DNA from: a virus | Taxonomy: Duplodnaviria; Caudoviricetes | IMG/VR virus record: IMGVR_UViG_3300028626_000002 | Coordinates: 61,327-125,326 of that record | Reading direction: 5' to 3' (one strand) | DNA: 64,000 nt | Shown here: positions 8,394 to 18,044 of the stretch, in pieces | Layout: each line of letters opens with the position of its first letter | Numbering within the stretch: the stretch's first letter is position 1 | Made by a program: the position numbers and the translations under genes | Notes under the pieces: generated by a model | What the model was told of the DNA's origin: nothing | Seen by the model: the letters and a program-made list of their open reading frames with translations, nothing else | The model's database searches: none

Positions 8394-9067
8394 GTGAGCA
8401 GGCGCAGCAGGTCATCACGCTCCCCAAGGAGGTCTACGTCCGCCAGAGCGGCATCCTGCCGTTCGAGGTCCTGAACAAGTCCACCGTCACGGTCATCGGT
8501 GTCGGGGCCATCGGTTCCTTCACGGCCTTCAGCCTGGCCAAGATGGGCATCGGCACCATCCACGCCTACGATCACGACACCGTGGAGCCCCACAACCTCC
8601 CGGCGCAGTGGTACCGGCTCAAGGACCTCGAGCAGAAGAAGCCCGACGCCCTGGCCAGCCTCCTGGCGGACTTCGGCGGCAACGTCGTGAGCCACCCGGA
8701 GAAGTTCGTGGGGCAGTCGGTCCGCGGCATCGTGGTCTGCGCCGTGGACTCGATGGACGCCCGCCTGGCCATCTGGCGGCACGTCAAGAAGTGCCCCAAG
8801 GTCGACCTGTTCATCGACGGGCGCATGGGCGCCGAGGTCGGCAAGGTCTACGCCATCCGCCCGAAGAACCCCGCGGAGGTGAAGCTGTACGAGGAGGACC
8901 TGTACCCGTCGTCCGAGGCCTTCCAGGCCCCGTGCACGGAGCGCAGCACGATCTACTGCGCCACGGGCCTCAGCGCATTCATGGTCTCCGCCATCGCCGG
9001 CTTCCTGTCGGAGCGGCAGTTCCGGCCGTACATGGTCGTGGACTTCCGCAACGGCGTGATGCTGTAG
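8390..9067 (+). CDS. ThiF/E1-like activating enzyme
   Basis: VIGVGAIGS nucleotide-binding loop, DHDTVEPHNL, CAVDSMDAR, DGRMG, candidate catalytic Cys in APCTERS. Confidence 0.9.
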   Translation: MSEQAQQVITLPKEVYVRQSGILPFEVLNKSTVTVIGVGAIGSFTAFSLAKMGIGTIHAYDHDTVEPHNLPAQWYRLKDLEQKKPDALASLLADFGGNVVSHPEKFVGQSVRGIVVCAVDSMDARLAIWRHVKKCPKVDLFIDGRMGAEVGKVYAIRPKNPAEVKLYEEDLYPSSEAFQAPCTERSTIYCATGLSAFMVSAIAGFLSERQFRPYMVVDFRNGVML

Positions 9068-9076
9068 TCCATCTGA

Positions 9077-9123
9077 GGGCCCCTCGTCACACCCCCCTAT
9101 GGGGGGTGTGGCGGGGGGTCCCC
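9077..9123 (+). terminator. long hairpin ending the Ubl operon
   Basis: GGGCCCCTCGTCACACCCCCC-TAT-GGGGGGTGTGGCGGGGGGTCCC inverted repeat. Confidence 0.6.
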
Positions 9124-9242
9124 AGAAGCGGTTATTTTAGGCCCCGTGTGGGCATAAGAAATACGGCAGGAGGTACTGGTCGGCTGGCCCGCCAGCCCGG
9201 AGCACCAGGAGCCCTGTCGCCACACGATCAAAGAGGAACGCC

Positions 9243-10166
9243 ATGAAGAAGACCCCGAAGACCGCCCCGACCTTGACCCCGTTCCAGCAGTTCGTGGTTG
9301 GCAGCGTCATCGCCCACCTGAGGGTGATGCTGTCCGATGCGTTCGCGTACATGATCCCCCTGGCCCCCGAGGACAAGCGCGAGGGCATCGGCGCCGCCGG
9401 CGCCGGGTGCGTCGACCTCGTCGATGAAATCGCGGGGATCCTGGCCACCACCCCGACGCCGGAGGACGTCCTTCCGGCCCTGATCGCCAACAAGCGCAAG
9501 CTGATGGCGAAGGTCGCGGCCATCGCCAGCCAGTTCTCCGGCGAGCCGGTCAAGGTCGAGGAGCTGGAGGAGTTCTTCGCGGGACTGAGGGCCCTGCGGG
9601 AGGGCGGCGAGCTCGCCGGCGACGGCGCGCGCATCAAGGAGCTGGAGACCGAGCTGACCGCGCGCGACGCGCGCATCACCAGCCTCGAGGCCGAGCTGGC
9701 CGCCGCGCGCGCCGCGGCCCCGGCCGCCCCCGCCGCCGTGACGCCCAGGGCCGCCATGGCGCGGCTGAAGAGCGTGACCGAGAGCCTGACAGGCGCGGTC
9801 GAAGAGCTCGTCATGCAGGGTGAGCTGAGCGACAAGAGCGCGGACCTGCAGGCCGAGGTCCGGGCCTTCGTCCGCGCCGCCGGCGTGGGCGAGATGGAGG
9901 TCGCGCCGGTCGTCCCGGCCGGGATGTCCCTGGAGGACCTCCCGCGCGTCATCGGCGACTTCGCCCACGCCAAGGGCGCGGACCCGCTGCTGAAGAAGGC
10001 GGCCGCGGCCGCCAAGGCCCTGTGCGCGTCGCTCGCGCGCGACGCGGCGGCGGCGGCGCGCGAAGCCGCGAGGGCGGCGAAGGAGGAGGCCGCGGCGCGC
10101 AAGGCCGGGCTCCCCGCGTGGAACGAGCTGCTGGGGTTCACGGCGCCGAAGGCCGCGGCCGCGTAG
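9243..10166 (+). CDS. hypothetical Ala-rich coiled-coil protein
   Basis: GAGGA SD; GGCATAAGAA motif upstream at 9151. Confidence 0.75.
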   Translation: MKKTPKTAPTLTPFQQFVVGSVIAHLRVMLSDAFAYMIPLAPEDKREGIGAAGAGCVDLVDEIAGILATTPTPEDVLPALIANKRKLMAKVAAIASQFSGEPVKVEELEEFFAGLRALREGGELAGDGARIKELETELTARDARITSLEAELAAARAAAPAAPAAVTPRAAMARLKSVTESLTGAVEELVMQGELSDKSADLQAEVRAFVRAAGVGEMEVAPVVPAGMSLEDLPRVIGDFAHAKGADPLLKKAAAAAKALCASLARDAAAAAREAARAAKEEAAARKAGLPAWNELLGFTAPKAAAA

Positions 10167-10242
10167 TCGACCCCCGGGCGGGGGGAGACCGTCAAGGGAC
10201 GGCTCCTCCCGCCCAGCTCGACCATGCAGGAGGTTTACGGCG

Positions 10243-10698
10243 ATGGACAGGGCAATCATCAACCTGACCCCCCACGACATCGTCGTGCGGGGACGCAGAG
10301 GCCCGCCCGCGGTCATCCCGCGGTCGGGTACCACCGCTCGGCTCACGCAGGCCGTGGCGGAGGTCGACACCCTCGTGTACGACGGGGCGAACATCCCCGT
10401 CGTGTCCCGCCTCCCGGGTCAGGTGGTCCTCTGGAGCGAGGCCACCCGGGAGAGCAGCGTTGGTTTGCCGGCGGTCGAGCCCGGCAAGGTCTGGCTCGTG
10501 TCGAGCATCGTGCGCGGCTACATGGAGCAGGCCGCGCTCGAAGCCGAGGTCGTGCGCCTGCGGGCGCTGGTGGTCCAGCTGGGAGGGAGCCCCGGCCCGG
10601 ACGTGTCCCGACGTCGCGACGTTGTGTCCCCGGACTCCGGGGGCGCGGTGCGGAACCGCGACGGGGACGTGGTCTCCATCAGCAGGCTCATCCTGTAG
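10243..10698 (+). CDS. hypothetical phage protein (NLTPH N-terminal motif)
   Basis: IINLTPHDIV...LVSSIV...DVVSPD pattern. Confidence 0.7.
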   Translation: MDRAIINLTPHDIVVRGRRGPPAVIPRSGTTARLTQAVAEVDTLVYDGANIPVVSRLPGQVVLWSEATRESSVGLPAVEPGKVWLVSSIVRGYMEQAALEAEVVRLRALVVQLGGSPGPDVSRRRDVVSPDSGGAVRNRDGDVVSISRLIL

Positions 10699-10709
10699 AG
10701 GAGGTGAAC

Positions 10710-10832
10710 GTGAGGTTCCTGATCGTCCTGGGCGGCGGCGGGGGCGGTGTCGGCGGACCCTCGGACCTCCTGGCCATCCTCGCCGCCCGGGTCGCCACTG
10801 ACCTGGGCGTCTCCATCACCCCGCGCGACTGA
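10710..10832 (+). CDS. small hypothetical protein
   Basis: GGAGG SD with GTG start, 40 aa. Confidence 0.45.
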   Translation: MRFLIVLGGGGGGVGGPSDLLAILAARVATDLGVSITPRD

Positions 10833-10865
10833 TGACCCACCGCCCGTGTCAGGGCAACTGCTCAG

Positions 10866-10897
10866 GAAGAGGGGCCGCAAGGCCCCTTCTTCTTAGC
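10866..10897 (+). terminator. hairpin with TTCTTAGC tail
   Basis: AGGGGCC-GCAA-GGCCCCT TCTTCTTAGC. Confidence 0.7.
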
Positions 10898-10953
10898 TCA
10901 GGCTTGCGGAATGCTCACCAATATCGTACAGTACTCTCGGTAACCGTAGGAGG

Positions 10954-11559
10954 TTGCAGTTGGGCACTCCCAGCGCGTGTGACTTGGCGTGGGCCGCCGG
11001 CTTCTTCGACGGAGAAGGCTCGGTGTCCATTCCGCTGGTCCACCCAAAGACAAGGGGCAAGGCGTACCGTCAGATGCAGCTGCAGGTAACCTGCACCAAC
11101 ACGTATCCGCAGGCCCTCAAGCGATTCCAGGAGTGGTTCGGCGGGCGGGTTACGACGGTTCACCGGGGCGCGAAGGATCACCCCCGTAAGCCCTGCTATA
11201 AATGGGCCATGGAGGCTAACGGGGCCGCCTCCTTCTTGAACGCCGTACGTCCATACCTCAAGGTAAAGCACGAGCAGGCGGACCTGGCGCTGCGATTTCA
11301 GTCCACCATGACATCCAGGAACACCGTTACGCTGGAACAGGTGGCCGAGCGGGCCGGGGTGCACGTTACCACTGCGTGCAACTATCTACGGGGGCTGCGC
11401 AAGGGTAACGCTGCAACCGTGCTGCGTCTTCAGCAGGCGGTGGCTGCCCTTGGGTGGACATCTGCGTCTGCTCACCGGTCAGACGCTACCTGGGAAGAGC
11501 GTCTGCGCATCCGCTCCGAGATCACCAGGTTGAACCAGCAGTCGCACGCGTTGCTGTAG
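10954..11559 (+). CDS. LAGLIDADG homing endonuclease with C-terminal LacI-like HTH
   Basis: LAWAAGFFDGEGSV; VTLEQVAERAGVHVTTACNYL; lower GC3 than its neighbours. Confidence 0.85.
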   Translation: MQLGTPSACDLAWAAGFFDGEGSVSIPLVHPKTRGKAYRQMQLQVTCTNTYPQALKRFQEWFGGRVTTVHRGAKDHPRKPCYKWAMEANGAASFLNAVRPYLKVKHEQADLALRFQSTMTSRNTVTLEQVAERAGVHVTTACNYLRGLRKGNAATVLRLQQAVAALGWTSASAHRSDATWEERLRIRSEITRLNQQSHALL

Positions 11560-11617
11560 GTTGTTCTGCAACCTGCCGGAATGGTACCATCAAGCTCGGT
11601 AGGAGGTGCGTGGGCAA

Positions 11618-14600
11618 ATGGCGATCAGTTATGACGCAAAGGCGACGGTCGACTCCCTGATCAACACGGTTGCCAAGCGCATCGGGGTCATCTTCCCCAT
11701 CGAAGGGCGGCAGCACACGCTCGAGGTGCAGGACGTGCAGGCCTCGGGCGACTGGGACATGAAGGACATCGACGGGTACATGCGTGCCAAGCTCCACGGA
11801 CGCACGTGGGGCCTGCCTATCACCGGCACGCTCGTCGTGCGGGACAAGGCGACGGGCAAGGTGCTCGACCGCAAGCAGAACGCCCGCCTGATGACCCTGC
11901 CCGTGATGACCCGGCACTTCTCGTACATCGTGGACGGCAAGGAGTTCGACGCCACCCGTCAGTGGCGCCTGAAGGCCGGCGTGTACCACCGTGTGAAGGC
12001 GAACGGTCAGCTGGAGGCCCAGTGGAACCTCAGCGAGGGGCGCGGCTTCCACACCGCCTTCGACCCCGCTCGGCACAAGTTCACGATGCAGTACGCGTCG
12101 TCCACCGTGTCGCTGTACCCGGTCCTGCGTGCTCTGGGCACGTCGGATGCCGAGATCAGCCGGGCATGGGGGCCGGACCTGCTCGAGGGCAATGTCGGGT
12201 CTCCCGCGACCAGCGCCAGGGACCTCACGAAGCTCTACAAGGCCATCACCGGCAAGCCCCCGGCGGACGAGAAGGAGATGCTGCTGACCATTCGCGACAC
12301 GTTCGCGAAGACGGCCATGCGCCCCGACGTCAACAAGATCACCCTCGGCCGGCCCGACGACCGGGTCACCCCTGGTGGGCTGCTGCAGTCCTCCAAGCGC
12401 CTGTTGGACATGTCCCGGGGCAAGGGGGAGCCCGATGCCCGCGACAGCGTGGTGTTCAAGGAGCTGCTGGACATCGACGACTTCGTCGACGACCGCCTCG
12501 TGGCGATGACCCGCAAGATCCAGGGCAAGGTGCGCAACCGACTGGACCACGAGAACAAGGTCGACGCCATCTACTCCGCGGACTACATGAACCACCCCGT
12601 CAAGACGTTCTTCACGGGGATGTCGCTGGCGGAGCAGCCGCGGCAGGTGAACCCCGTCGACATGTTCAGCTCCATGACGAAGACCACGGTCATGGGCGAG
12701 GGCGGCATCCAGTCTTCCCACGGTGTGCCCCTCGAGGCACGCATCCTCGACAACAGCCACGTGGGCGTGCTGGACCCCATCCACAGCCCCGAGGGCGGGA
12801 AGGTGGGCATCAACCTGCATCTGGCCCTGGGCGCCGGCAAGCAGGGCAGGGAACCCACGCTCTACGTGCGCGACCCGGCAACCGGCAAGATCGAGACCAA
12901 GACCGTGCAGGACCTGGAGCCCCTGACCCTGGCGTTCCCCGACCAGTTCATCCGCCGGCCGGACGGCAAGATGCAGCCGGTGGCGAAGATGGTCACCGCC
13001 CTGGGGCCGGGCAACGAGATCGTGCGGGTGCCGGCGTCGAAGGTGGACTTCGTCTTGCCGACGCCCAAGGCCATGTTCAGCATCACCGGCAACCTCGTCC
13101 CGTTCCTCCAGAACACCTCCGGCCCGCGCGTGTCCTACGCGATGCACCACATGGAGCAGGCCCTGGCACTGAAGTACCGGGAGCAGCCCCTCATCGCGGT
13201 GGCCTCCGGCGGTGAGCGCGCCCCCACCTTCGAGGACCTCGTCGGCAGGTACTTCACCTCCCGGGCTCCCGTGGACGGCCGCGTCGTGCGCGTCGCCAAG
13301 GACCACATCAGCATCCGGGGGACCGACGGCAAGCTCTACAAGGAGCCGCTGTACGTCGACTACCCGCTGAACGAGAAGTCGGCGTTCATCAACAGCGAGC
13401 CGGTGGTCAAGGCGGGCGACAAGGTCGAGAAGGGACAGGTCGTCGCGGACACGAACCACACCCGGGACGGGCAGCTGGCCCTGGGCGTGAACCTCAAGAC
13501 CGCGTACATGCCCTACCTCTCGAACACCTACGACGACGCCATCGTCATCTCGGAGTCGGCGTCGCAGAAGCTCACGTCGCAGCACCTGTACAAGGAGCGC
13601 CTGGACGTCGACGAGGACATCACCGTCGACAAGGCCAAGTACCGGGCCATGTACCGCGACCGTCTGGACGACCGGCAGGCGAAGCAGCTGGACAACGAGG
13701 GTGTGGTACAGGAGGGCACCGTCGTACAGCCCGGGGACGTGCTGGTGACGGCTCTGCGGAAGCGCAGCCCCACCGAGGAAGAGCTGCTGGTCCGCGGCAT
13801 CGCGAAGAGTCTGGCCCGGCCCTTCGCCGACGTGGCCGTGCGGTGGGAGAGCCAGTACCCGGGCGTGGTCAAGCGTGTGGTGAAGAACGGGGACAACATC
13901 CAGGTTCACGTGGCCAGTGAGGAGCCGGCCGGCGTGGGCGACAAGCTCTGCTTCGACCCCGAGACCGAGTACCTGGTGGAAGGCAAGGGCTGGGTGAAGA
14001 GCCCGCTGCTCACGCCGGACGACCGAGTGCTCACGTACAAGGCCCCCGAGAACCCCAGCCACCGCCGGTCCACCGCGGATGGGTGGCTCGAGTGGCAGTA
14101 CCCGACACGGGTCGTGGAGTTCGACCACGACGGCCAGATGTACCGCGTGCTGACGGCCGAGATCGACCAGTTCGTGACGCCGAACCACAACCTCTACGTG
14201 AAGGTGCTGACGCGTGACCATCAGACCCTCCGGCAGAACCGCTTCCGGCTGGTGCAGGCCAGGAAGGTGCTGGGCAAGCCCGTCGTGCACGCGCAGTACG
14301 GCGCCAACGAGAATGTCCATGAGCCGGCCTCCCTGGAGTTCGGCAAGCGGACGGTGCCCACGCGGTCGTACCTGAAGCTGCTGGCCCACCTGTTCCGTCA
14401 CGGCATCCGCCGGGACCAGCTGGTGTTCTTCCCCGGCAACGGCTACTCGGCGTCCTGCCGGCAGGCCATGGACGAGTGCGGCATCACGTACTCCATCCGC
14501 ACCGTGGACAGCCGCGGCGGGCTGCTGACGAGCGACCCGCTGGTCTGCGACGTGGACTTCGAGAACAGCCTCCCGGCGTTCCTGGACACCCTGCCCACCC

Positions 14601-16192
14601 GGACCCTCAGCGCGTTCCTCCACGACCTGTTCCGCGGCACCCCGATGCTGTCCACCCAGCGCCACGGGGCCGGGTGCACCCGCATCGTGAACCGCAGCAT
14701 GATCGACAGGCTGCAGGAACTGGGCGTCCGCGCCCGGGTGGTGTTCTGCGTGTCCCCCGGCCCGGGGGACAAGTACACGGCGTCCATCACCGTTCTCGGC
14801 AGTCGCGCGGCGGTGGGGAGCCCCGTCAACTTCGAACGGCGCGGGAAGAACGATGGCCTGGTGCAGTACACCGGCAAGGTCTACTGCTGCACGGTCCCGA
14901 ACGGCATCCTGGTGACCCGCCGGAACTTCAAGGTGGTGCTCTCGGGCAACAGCGGCCGGCATGGCAACAAGGGCGTCATCTCGACGGTCCTGCCTGACGA
15001 CCAGATGCCGCGCACCAAGGACGGGCCGGTCGACATCATCCTGAACCCCCTCGGCATCCCGAGCCGCATCAACGTGGGCACGGTCCTCGAGACCAGCCTG
15101 TCGAAGGTGGCGAAGAAGGAGGGGCGGCAGATCGCCGTGTCGAACTTCGAGCCCGACCCCTCGAAGCGCATCGTCCGCAAGACCATTCATGTGGCCCCTC
15201 ACTCCCGTACCATCCAGACGAAGGAGGGCCCCAAGACCGTCCAGGTGGAGGGATACTCCTATGAGCGCGACTACACGGAAGCGGTCGAGGCGGAACTCGC
15301 GAAGGCGGAAATCTCCGAGAAGGAAGAGGTCACGGATCCGGTGTCCGGGAAGAGCGTGGGCAACGTCCTGGTGGGTTACCAGTACACCATCAAGCATGTC
15401 CACCAGGCTGAGAAGAAGCTCGCCGCCCGCTCTGGGGGCCCCGGGTACGACTACGACGCCAACATGGCTCCCAAGTCGTCCGGCCATGCCAGTGGCCAGT
15501 CGATGGGCGAGCTGGGCCTCTACAGCCTGCTGAGCCACGGCGCCCTCAGCCTCATCCGCGAGGGCACCACGTACAAGTCCGATGCCTCCCAGAGCGAGGT
15601 GTGGACCGCGCTCCAGACCGGTGAGCCCCTGCCCCCGCCGAAGCCCAGCTTCGCCTACGGGAAGTTCCTGTCCCTGCTGTCGGCCATGGGCGTGGCCGTG
15701 GATCGCACGGGCAGTCAGCTGAGCCTGCGGCCGACCACCGACGAGGATGTCCTGAAGCGGTCGAATGGCGAGCTGAAGGAGTCCACGCTGACCCTCCGCG
15801 CCAAGGACCTGAAGCCGGAGGAGGGCGGGCTCTTCGACGAGCGCATCACCGGCGGCATCCGGGGGGACCGCTGGTGCTTCGCGCACGACACGCTGGTGCT
15901 GACCGAGTGGGGTCCCATGCGCATCGGGACTCTCGTCGAGCACCGCATCCAGGTTCGAGTGTGGTCCTACGACTTCCAGGCGAAGGAGTTCGTGCTGCGA
16001 CCCATCACCGAGTGGCACCGGAACGAGACCGACCCGTCTGTCGAGCCGGTGGGCACGCTGGTCTACCACACGCCGTACGGTGTCCTGGAGGCCCTGCACG
16101 GCACCTTCAAGCACGAGCTGATGACCGAGGATGGCGGGCGGCGGCCCATGGGTGAATCCGAGGCGCTCCTCTACGTGGACCAGGACGCATGA
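11618..16192 (+). CDS. rpoB: phage RNA polymerase beta subunit fused to the beta' N-terminus; contains a cis intein and ends in a split-intein N-half
   Basis: DPIHSPEGGKVG, QLALGVNL, YDDAIVISES, GDKL|SGRHGNKGVIS, DIILNPLGIPSRIN, GQSMGELG; then beta'-like KPEEGGLFDERITG. Confidence 0.93.
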   Translation: MAISYDAKATVDSLINTVAKRIGVIFPIEGRQHTLEVQDVQASGDWDMKDIDGYMRAKLHGRTWGLPITGTLVVRDKATGKVLDRKQNARLMTLPVMTRHFSYIVDGKEFDATRQWRLKAGVYHRVKANGQLEAQWNLSEGRGFHTAFDPARHKFTMQYASSTVSLYPVLRALGTSDAEISRAWGPDLLEGNVGSPATSARDLTKLYKAITGKPPADEKEMLLTIRDTFAKTAMRPDVNKITLGRPDDRVTPGGLLQSSKRLLDMSRGKGEPDARDSVVFKELLDIDDFVDDRLVAMTRKIQGKVRNRLDHENKVDAIYSADYMNHPVKTFFTGMSLAEQPRQVNPVDMFSSMTKTTVMGEGGIQSSHGVPLEARILDNSHVGVLDPIHSPEGGKVGINLHLALGAGKQGREPTLYVRDPATGKIETKTVQDLEPLTLAFPDQFIRRPDGKMQPVAKMVTALGPGNEIVRVPASKVDFVLPTPKAMFSITGNLVPFLQNTSGPRVSYAMHHMEQALALKYREQPLIAVASGGERAPTFEDLVGRYFTSRAPVDGRVVRVAKDHISIRGTDGKLYKEPLYVDYPLNEKSAFINSEPVVKAGDKVEKGQVVADTNHTRDGQLALGVNLKTAYMPYLSNTYDDAIVISESASQKLTSQHLYKERLDVDEDITVDKAKYRAMYRDRLDDRQAKQLDNEGVVQEGTVVQPGDVLVTALRKRSPTEEELLVRGIAKSLARPFADVAVRWESQYPGVVKRVVKNGDNIQVHVASEEPAGVGDKLCFDPETEYLVEGKGWVKSPLLTPDDRVLTYKAPENPSHRRSTADGWLEWQYPTRVVEFDHDGQMYRVLTAEIDQFVTPNHNLYVKVLTRDHQTLRQNRFRLVQARKVLGKPVVHAQYGANENVHEPASLEFGKRTVPTRSYLKLLAHLFRHGIRRDQLVFFPGNGYSASCRQAMDECGITYSIRTVDSRGGLLTSDPLVCDVDFENSLPAFLDTLPTRTLSAFLHDLFRGTPMLSTQRHGAGCTRIVNRSMIDRLQELGVRARVVFCVSPGPGDKYTASITVLGSRAAVGSPVNFERRGKNDGLVQYTGKVYCCTVPNGILVTRRNFKVVLSGNSGRHGNKGVISTVLPDDQMPRTKDGPVDIILNPLGIPSRINVGTVLETSLSKVAKKEGRQIAVSNFEPDPSKRIVRKTIHVAPHSRTIQTKEGPKTVQVEGYSYERDYTEAVEAELAKAEISEKEEVTDPVSGKSVGNVLVGYQYTIKHVHQAEKKLAARSGGPGYDYDANMAPKSSGHASGQSMGELGLYSLLSHGALSLIREGTTYKSDASQSEVWTALQTGEPLPPPKPSFAYGKFLSLLSAMGVAVDRTGSQLSLRPTTDEDVLKRSNGELKESTLTLRAKDLKPEEGGLFDERITGGIRGDRWCFAHDTLVLTEWGPMRIGTLVEHRIQVRVWSYDFQAKEFVLRPITEWHRNETDPSVEPVGTLVYHTPYGVLEALHGTFKHELMTEDGGRRPMGESEALLYVDQDA
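13949..14950 (+). mobile_element. cis intein (334 aa) with degenerate endonuclease region
   Basis: starts CFDPETE, block B VTPNHNL, ends YCCTVPNG...VLSGN|S; inserted in the conserved GDKL/SGRHGNKG motif. Confidence 0.92.
15875..16189 (+). mobile_element. split intein N-half (105 aa)
   Basis: CFAHDTLVLTEWGPMRIG...GTFKHELMT, then a stop codon with no C-terminal intein motifs. Confidence 0.88.
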
Positions 16193-16821
16193 ACAGGACG
16201 CTCACCAGGGACCAGATGCTCGAGCTCCAGCACAAGCACGCACCCGACGTGCAGCTGGTGGCCGAGCCGAAGCACTGGATCGGCAGCTTCTACATGCCGA
16301 AGTCCCGGGTGGCGAAGGCGCTGTACGGCGACTACCCCGAGAGCATCGTGGCCCCCGGCAAGTCCCCCGGCGTGTTCCTGCATGAGTTGGGGCATGCCAC
16401 TCCGAGCAAGCTCCGCTCGGCGCTGCACCCCTTCTACTCCGTCGGCGGGGCCGGGTCGGCCATGATGCTGTTCGCCCCCGGCAAGGCCCGGCTGGCCGGC
16501 GCTGCGCTCTACGCTCCGACCGTGGCCGAAGAGGTCCGGGCCTGGGTGGCGGCCAAGAAGTACGCCAAGGAGCACGGCATCCACATCGACGCGAAGTACC
16601 CGGCGTTGGGACTGGGCAGCTACATGCTGCCACCGGTCTACGCCGCGGTGCACGCGCTGAAGCGAAAGGGCATGCGCCCGCTGACGGCGAAGGGCCGCAA
16701 GATCGCCTGGGCCACCACCGGCGCCGTCATCGGGGTGCAGGAGGCTCTGGACTACCTGCAGGGGCGGAAGGCTGTCAGGGCGCTGCGCCGGGCGCAGGAG
16801 AACGGGGGGCAGTTCCGATGA
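16189..16821 (+). CDS. putative membrane-associated HExxH zinc peptidase-like protein
   Basis: FLHELGHA...EEVRAW, hydrophobic segments. Confidence 0.5.
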   Translation: MNRTLTRDQMLELQHKHAPDVQLVAEPKHWIGSFYMPKSRVAKALYGDYPESIVAPGKSPGVFLHELGHATPSKLRSALHPFYSVGGAGSAMMLFAPGKARLAGAALYAPTVAEEVRAWVAAKKYAKEHGIHIDAKYPALGLGSYMLPPVYAAVHALKRKGMRPLTAKGRKIAWATTGAVIGVQEALDYLQGRKAVRALRRAQENGGQFR

Positions 16822-17363
16822 GGGGTGCTGACTCCATCCAGTACCTGCGAGGCCTGGGCGTCTTCCCCGGCCGTGGACGCCGGACCATCATCAGTCGCCT
16901 CTACAAGCACCACATCGGGGGCTACGACAGCGGGAAGTGGATCCAGAAGCAGGCAGCCTGTGACCCTCGCCTCAAGCTCCTCGGTTGCGTGGCCGGCATC
17001 AGGGTCTTCCAGGTGGACGGCGAGGCGGTGCGCCTGCACTACCTCGCCGACTTCGTCCAGGGAGGCAACCACGAGGTCTACCCGTGGGTCCCGGAGAACG
17101 AGGTCTGGGTCGAGGACAACCTCTCCCGCCCCAAGGCCCTACTCATCGCCCTGCACGAGCTCGTCGAGCGGGCATGGATGAAGCGCGGCCGCAAGTACCC
17201 AGTGGCCCACGTGTACGCCTTGTCGGTGGAGCGCTACTGCAGGCAGCACCCCGCCGCCATTCACACCCTGCTCACCGCGGCGGCCCACGGCGTCCTCTTG
17301 GCCATGCCCGAGGAGCGCAAGGTCATCGAGCGGCAGAACGCTCGCGCGCGCAGCGAGGGCTGA
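16818..17363 (+). CDS. hypothetical protein (HELVE..AH metal-binding-like motif)
   Basis: ATGA coupling; ALHELVERAWM...AHVYAL. Confidence 0.6.
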   Translation: MRGADSIQYLRGLGVFPGRGRRTIISRLYKHHIGGYDSGKWIQKQAACDPRLKLLGCVAGIRVFQVDGEAVRLHYLADFVQGGNHEVYPWVPENEVWVEDNLSRPKALLIALHELVERAWMKRGRKYPVAHVYALSVERYCRQHPAAIHTLLTAAAHGVLLAMPEERKVIERQNARARSEG

Positions 17364-17395
17364 CGCCCGGCAAGAACGTGATTTCTCAGGTATAA

Positions 17396-18037
17396 GTGCC
17401 TTGCACCCCGAACCATAGGAGGTCTACGTTGGGAGCCCCTCGTCGTCCGCCGGAAGTGAAGGCAGAGGAGGCCACGCCGCACCAGAAGTACTGGCTGGCC
17501 AACGGCATGGAGGTCCGGCCGTTCCGGTGGGACCCCAGCACCGAGAGCGTCATGTGCAGCCGGGAGATCAGCCCGGGGCACCGCAAGCGCGACTACCCCG
17601 TCAAGTTCGGCACTACTCTCTTTACCACCCCGCCGCTGAAGGTCGAGAAGCCGGCGGCGGGGGAGGAGCAGTTCGACACGTCCGCAGCCAGGACCGTCCG
17701 CCTGGATTGCACCAAGCCCAACCTCAGCGGTCCGCTCAGCCCGGAGTTCCGGGAAGAACTCCAGGTGCCGACGGCAGGCGCAGCGCTCCCGCCGGTCCAG
17801 GCCAACGCGGCGCCTGACGACGCCATGGGTCGCATGATGGCGCTCCACGCTCTTCGAGAGGCCATGACGGCGGCTCTGAGCGAGAACACCAGCCGGAAGT
17901 GGCAGTACTTCCTCATCGCCTGCCGCCTCAACCCGCAGCTGCGGGCCACGAAGTCCATCCTGGTTCAGGCCGAACTGGACGCCCGGGCGGTGGACGCCCA
18001 GTCGACGGAAATCATGAACGCTGCCAAGAAGCTCTAG
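17396..18037 (+). CDS. hypothetical protein
   Basis: ORF downstream of the GGTATAAG motif; start uncertain. Confidence 0.6.
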   Translation: MPCTPNHRRSTLGAPRRPPEVKAEEATPHQKYWLANGMEVRPFRWDPSTESVMCSREISPGHRKRDYPVKFGTTLFTTPPLKVEKPAAGEEQFDTSAARTVRLDCTKPNLSGPLSPEFREELQVPTAGAALPPVQANAAPDDAMGRMMALHALREAMTAALSENTSRKWQYFLIACRLNPQLRATKSILVQAELDARAVDAQSTEIMNAAKKL

Positions 18038-18044
18038 GAGAGGA

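Noticed and set aside
11522-16114. 1530-aa minus-strand ORF and similar long antisense ORFs (529-2310, 19317-22457, 24607-26907, and + strand 59886-62213)
   Set aside because: These are shadow ORFs of high-GC3 genes on the opposite strand and carry no recognisable motifs.
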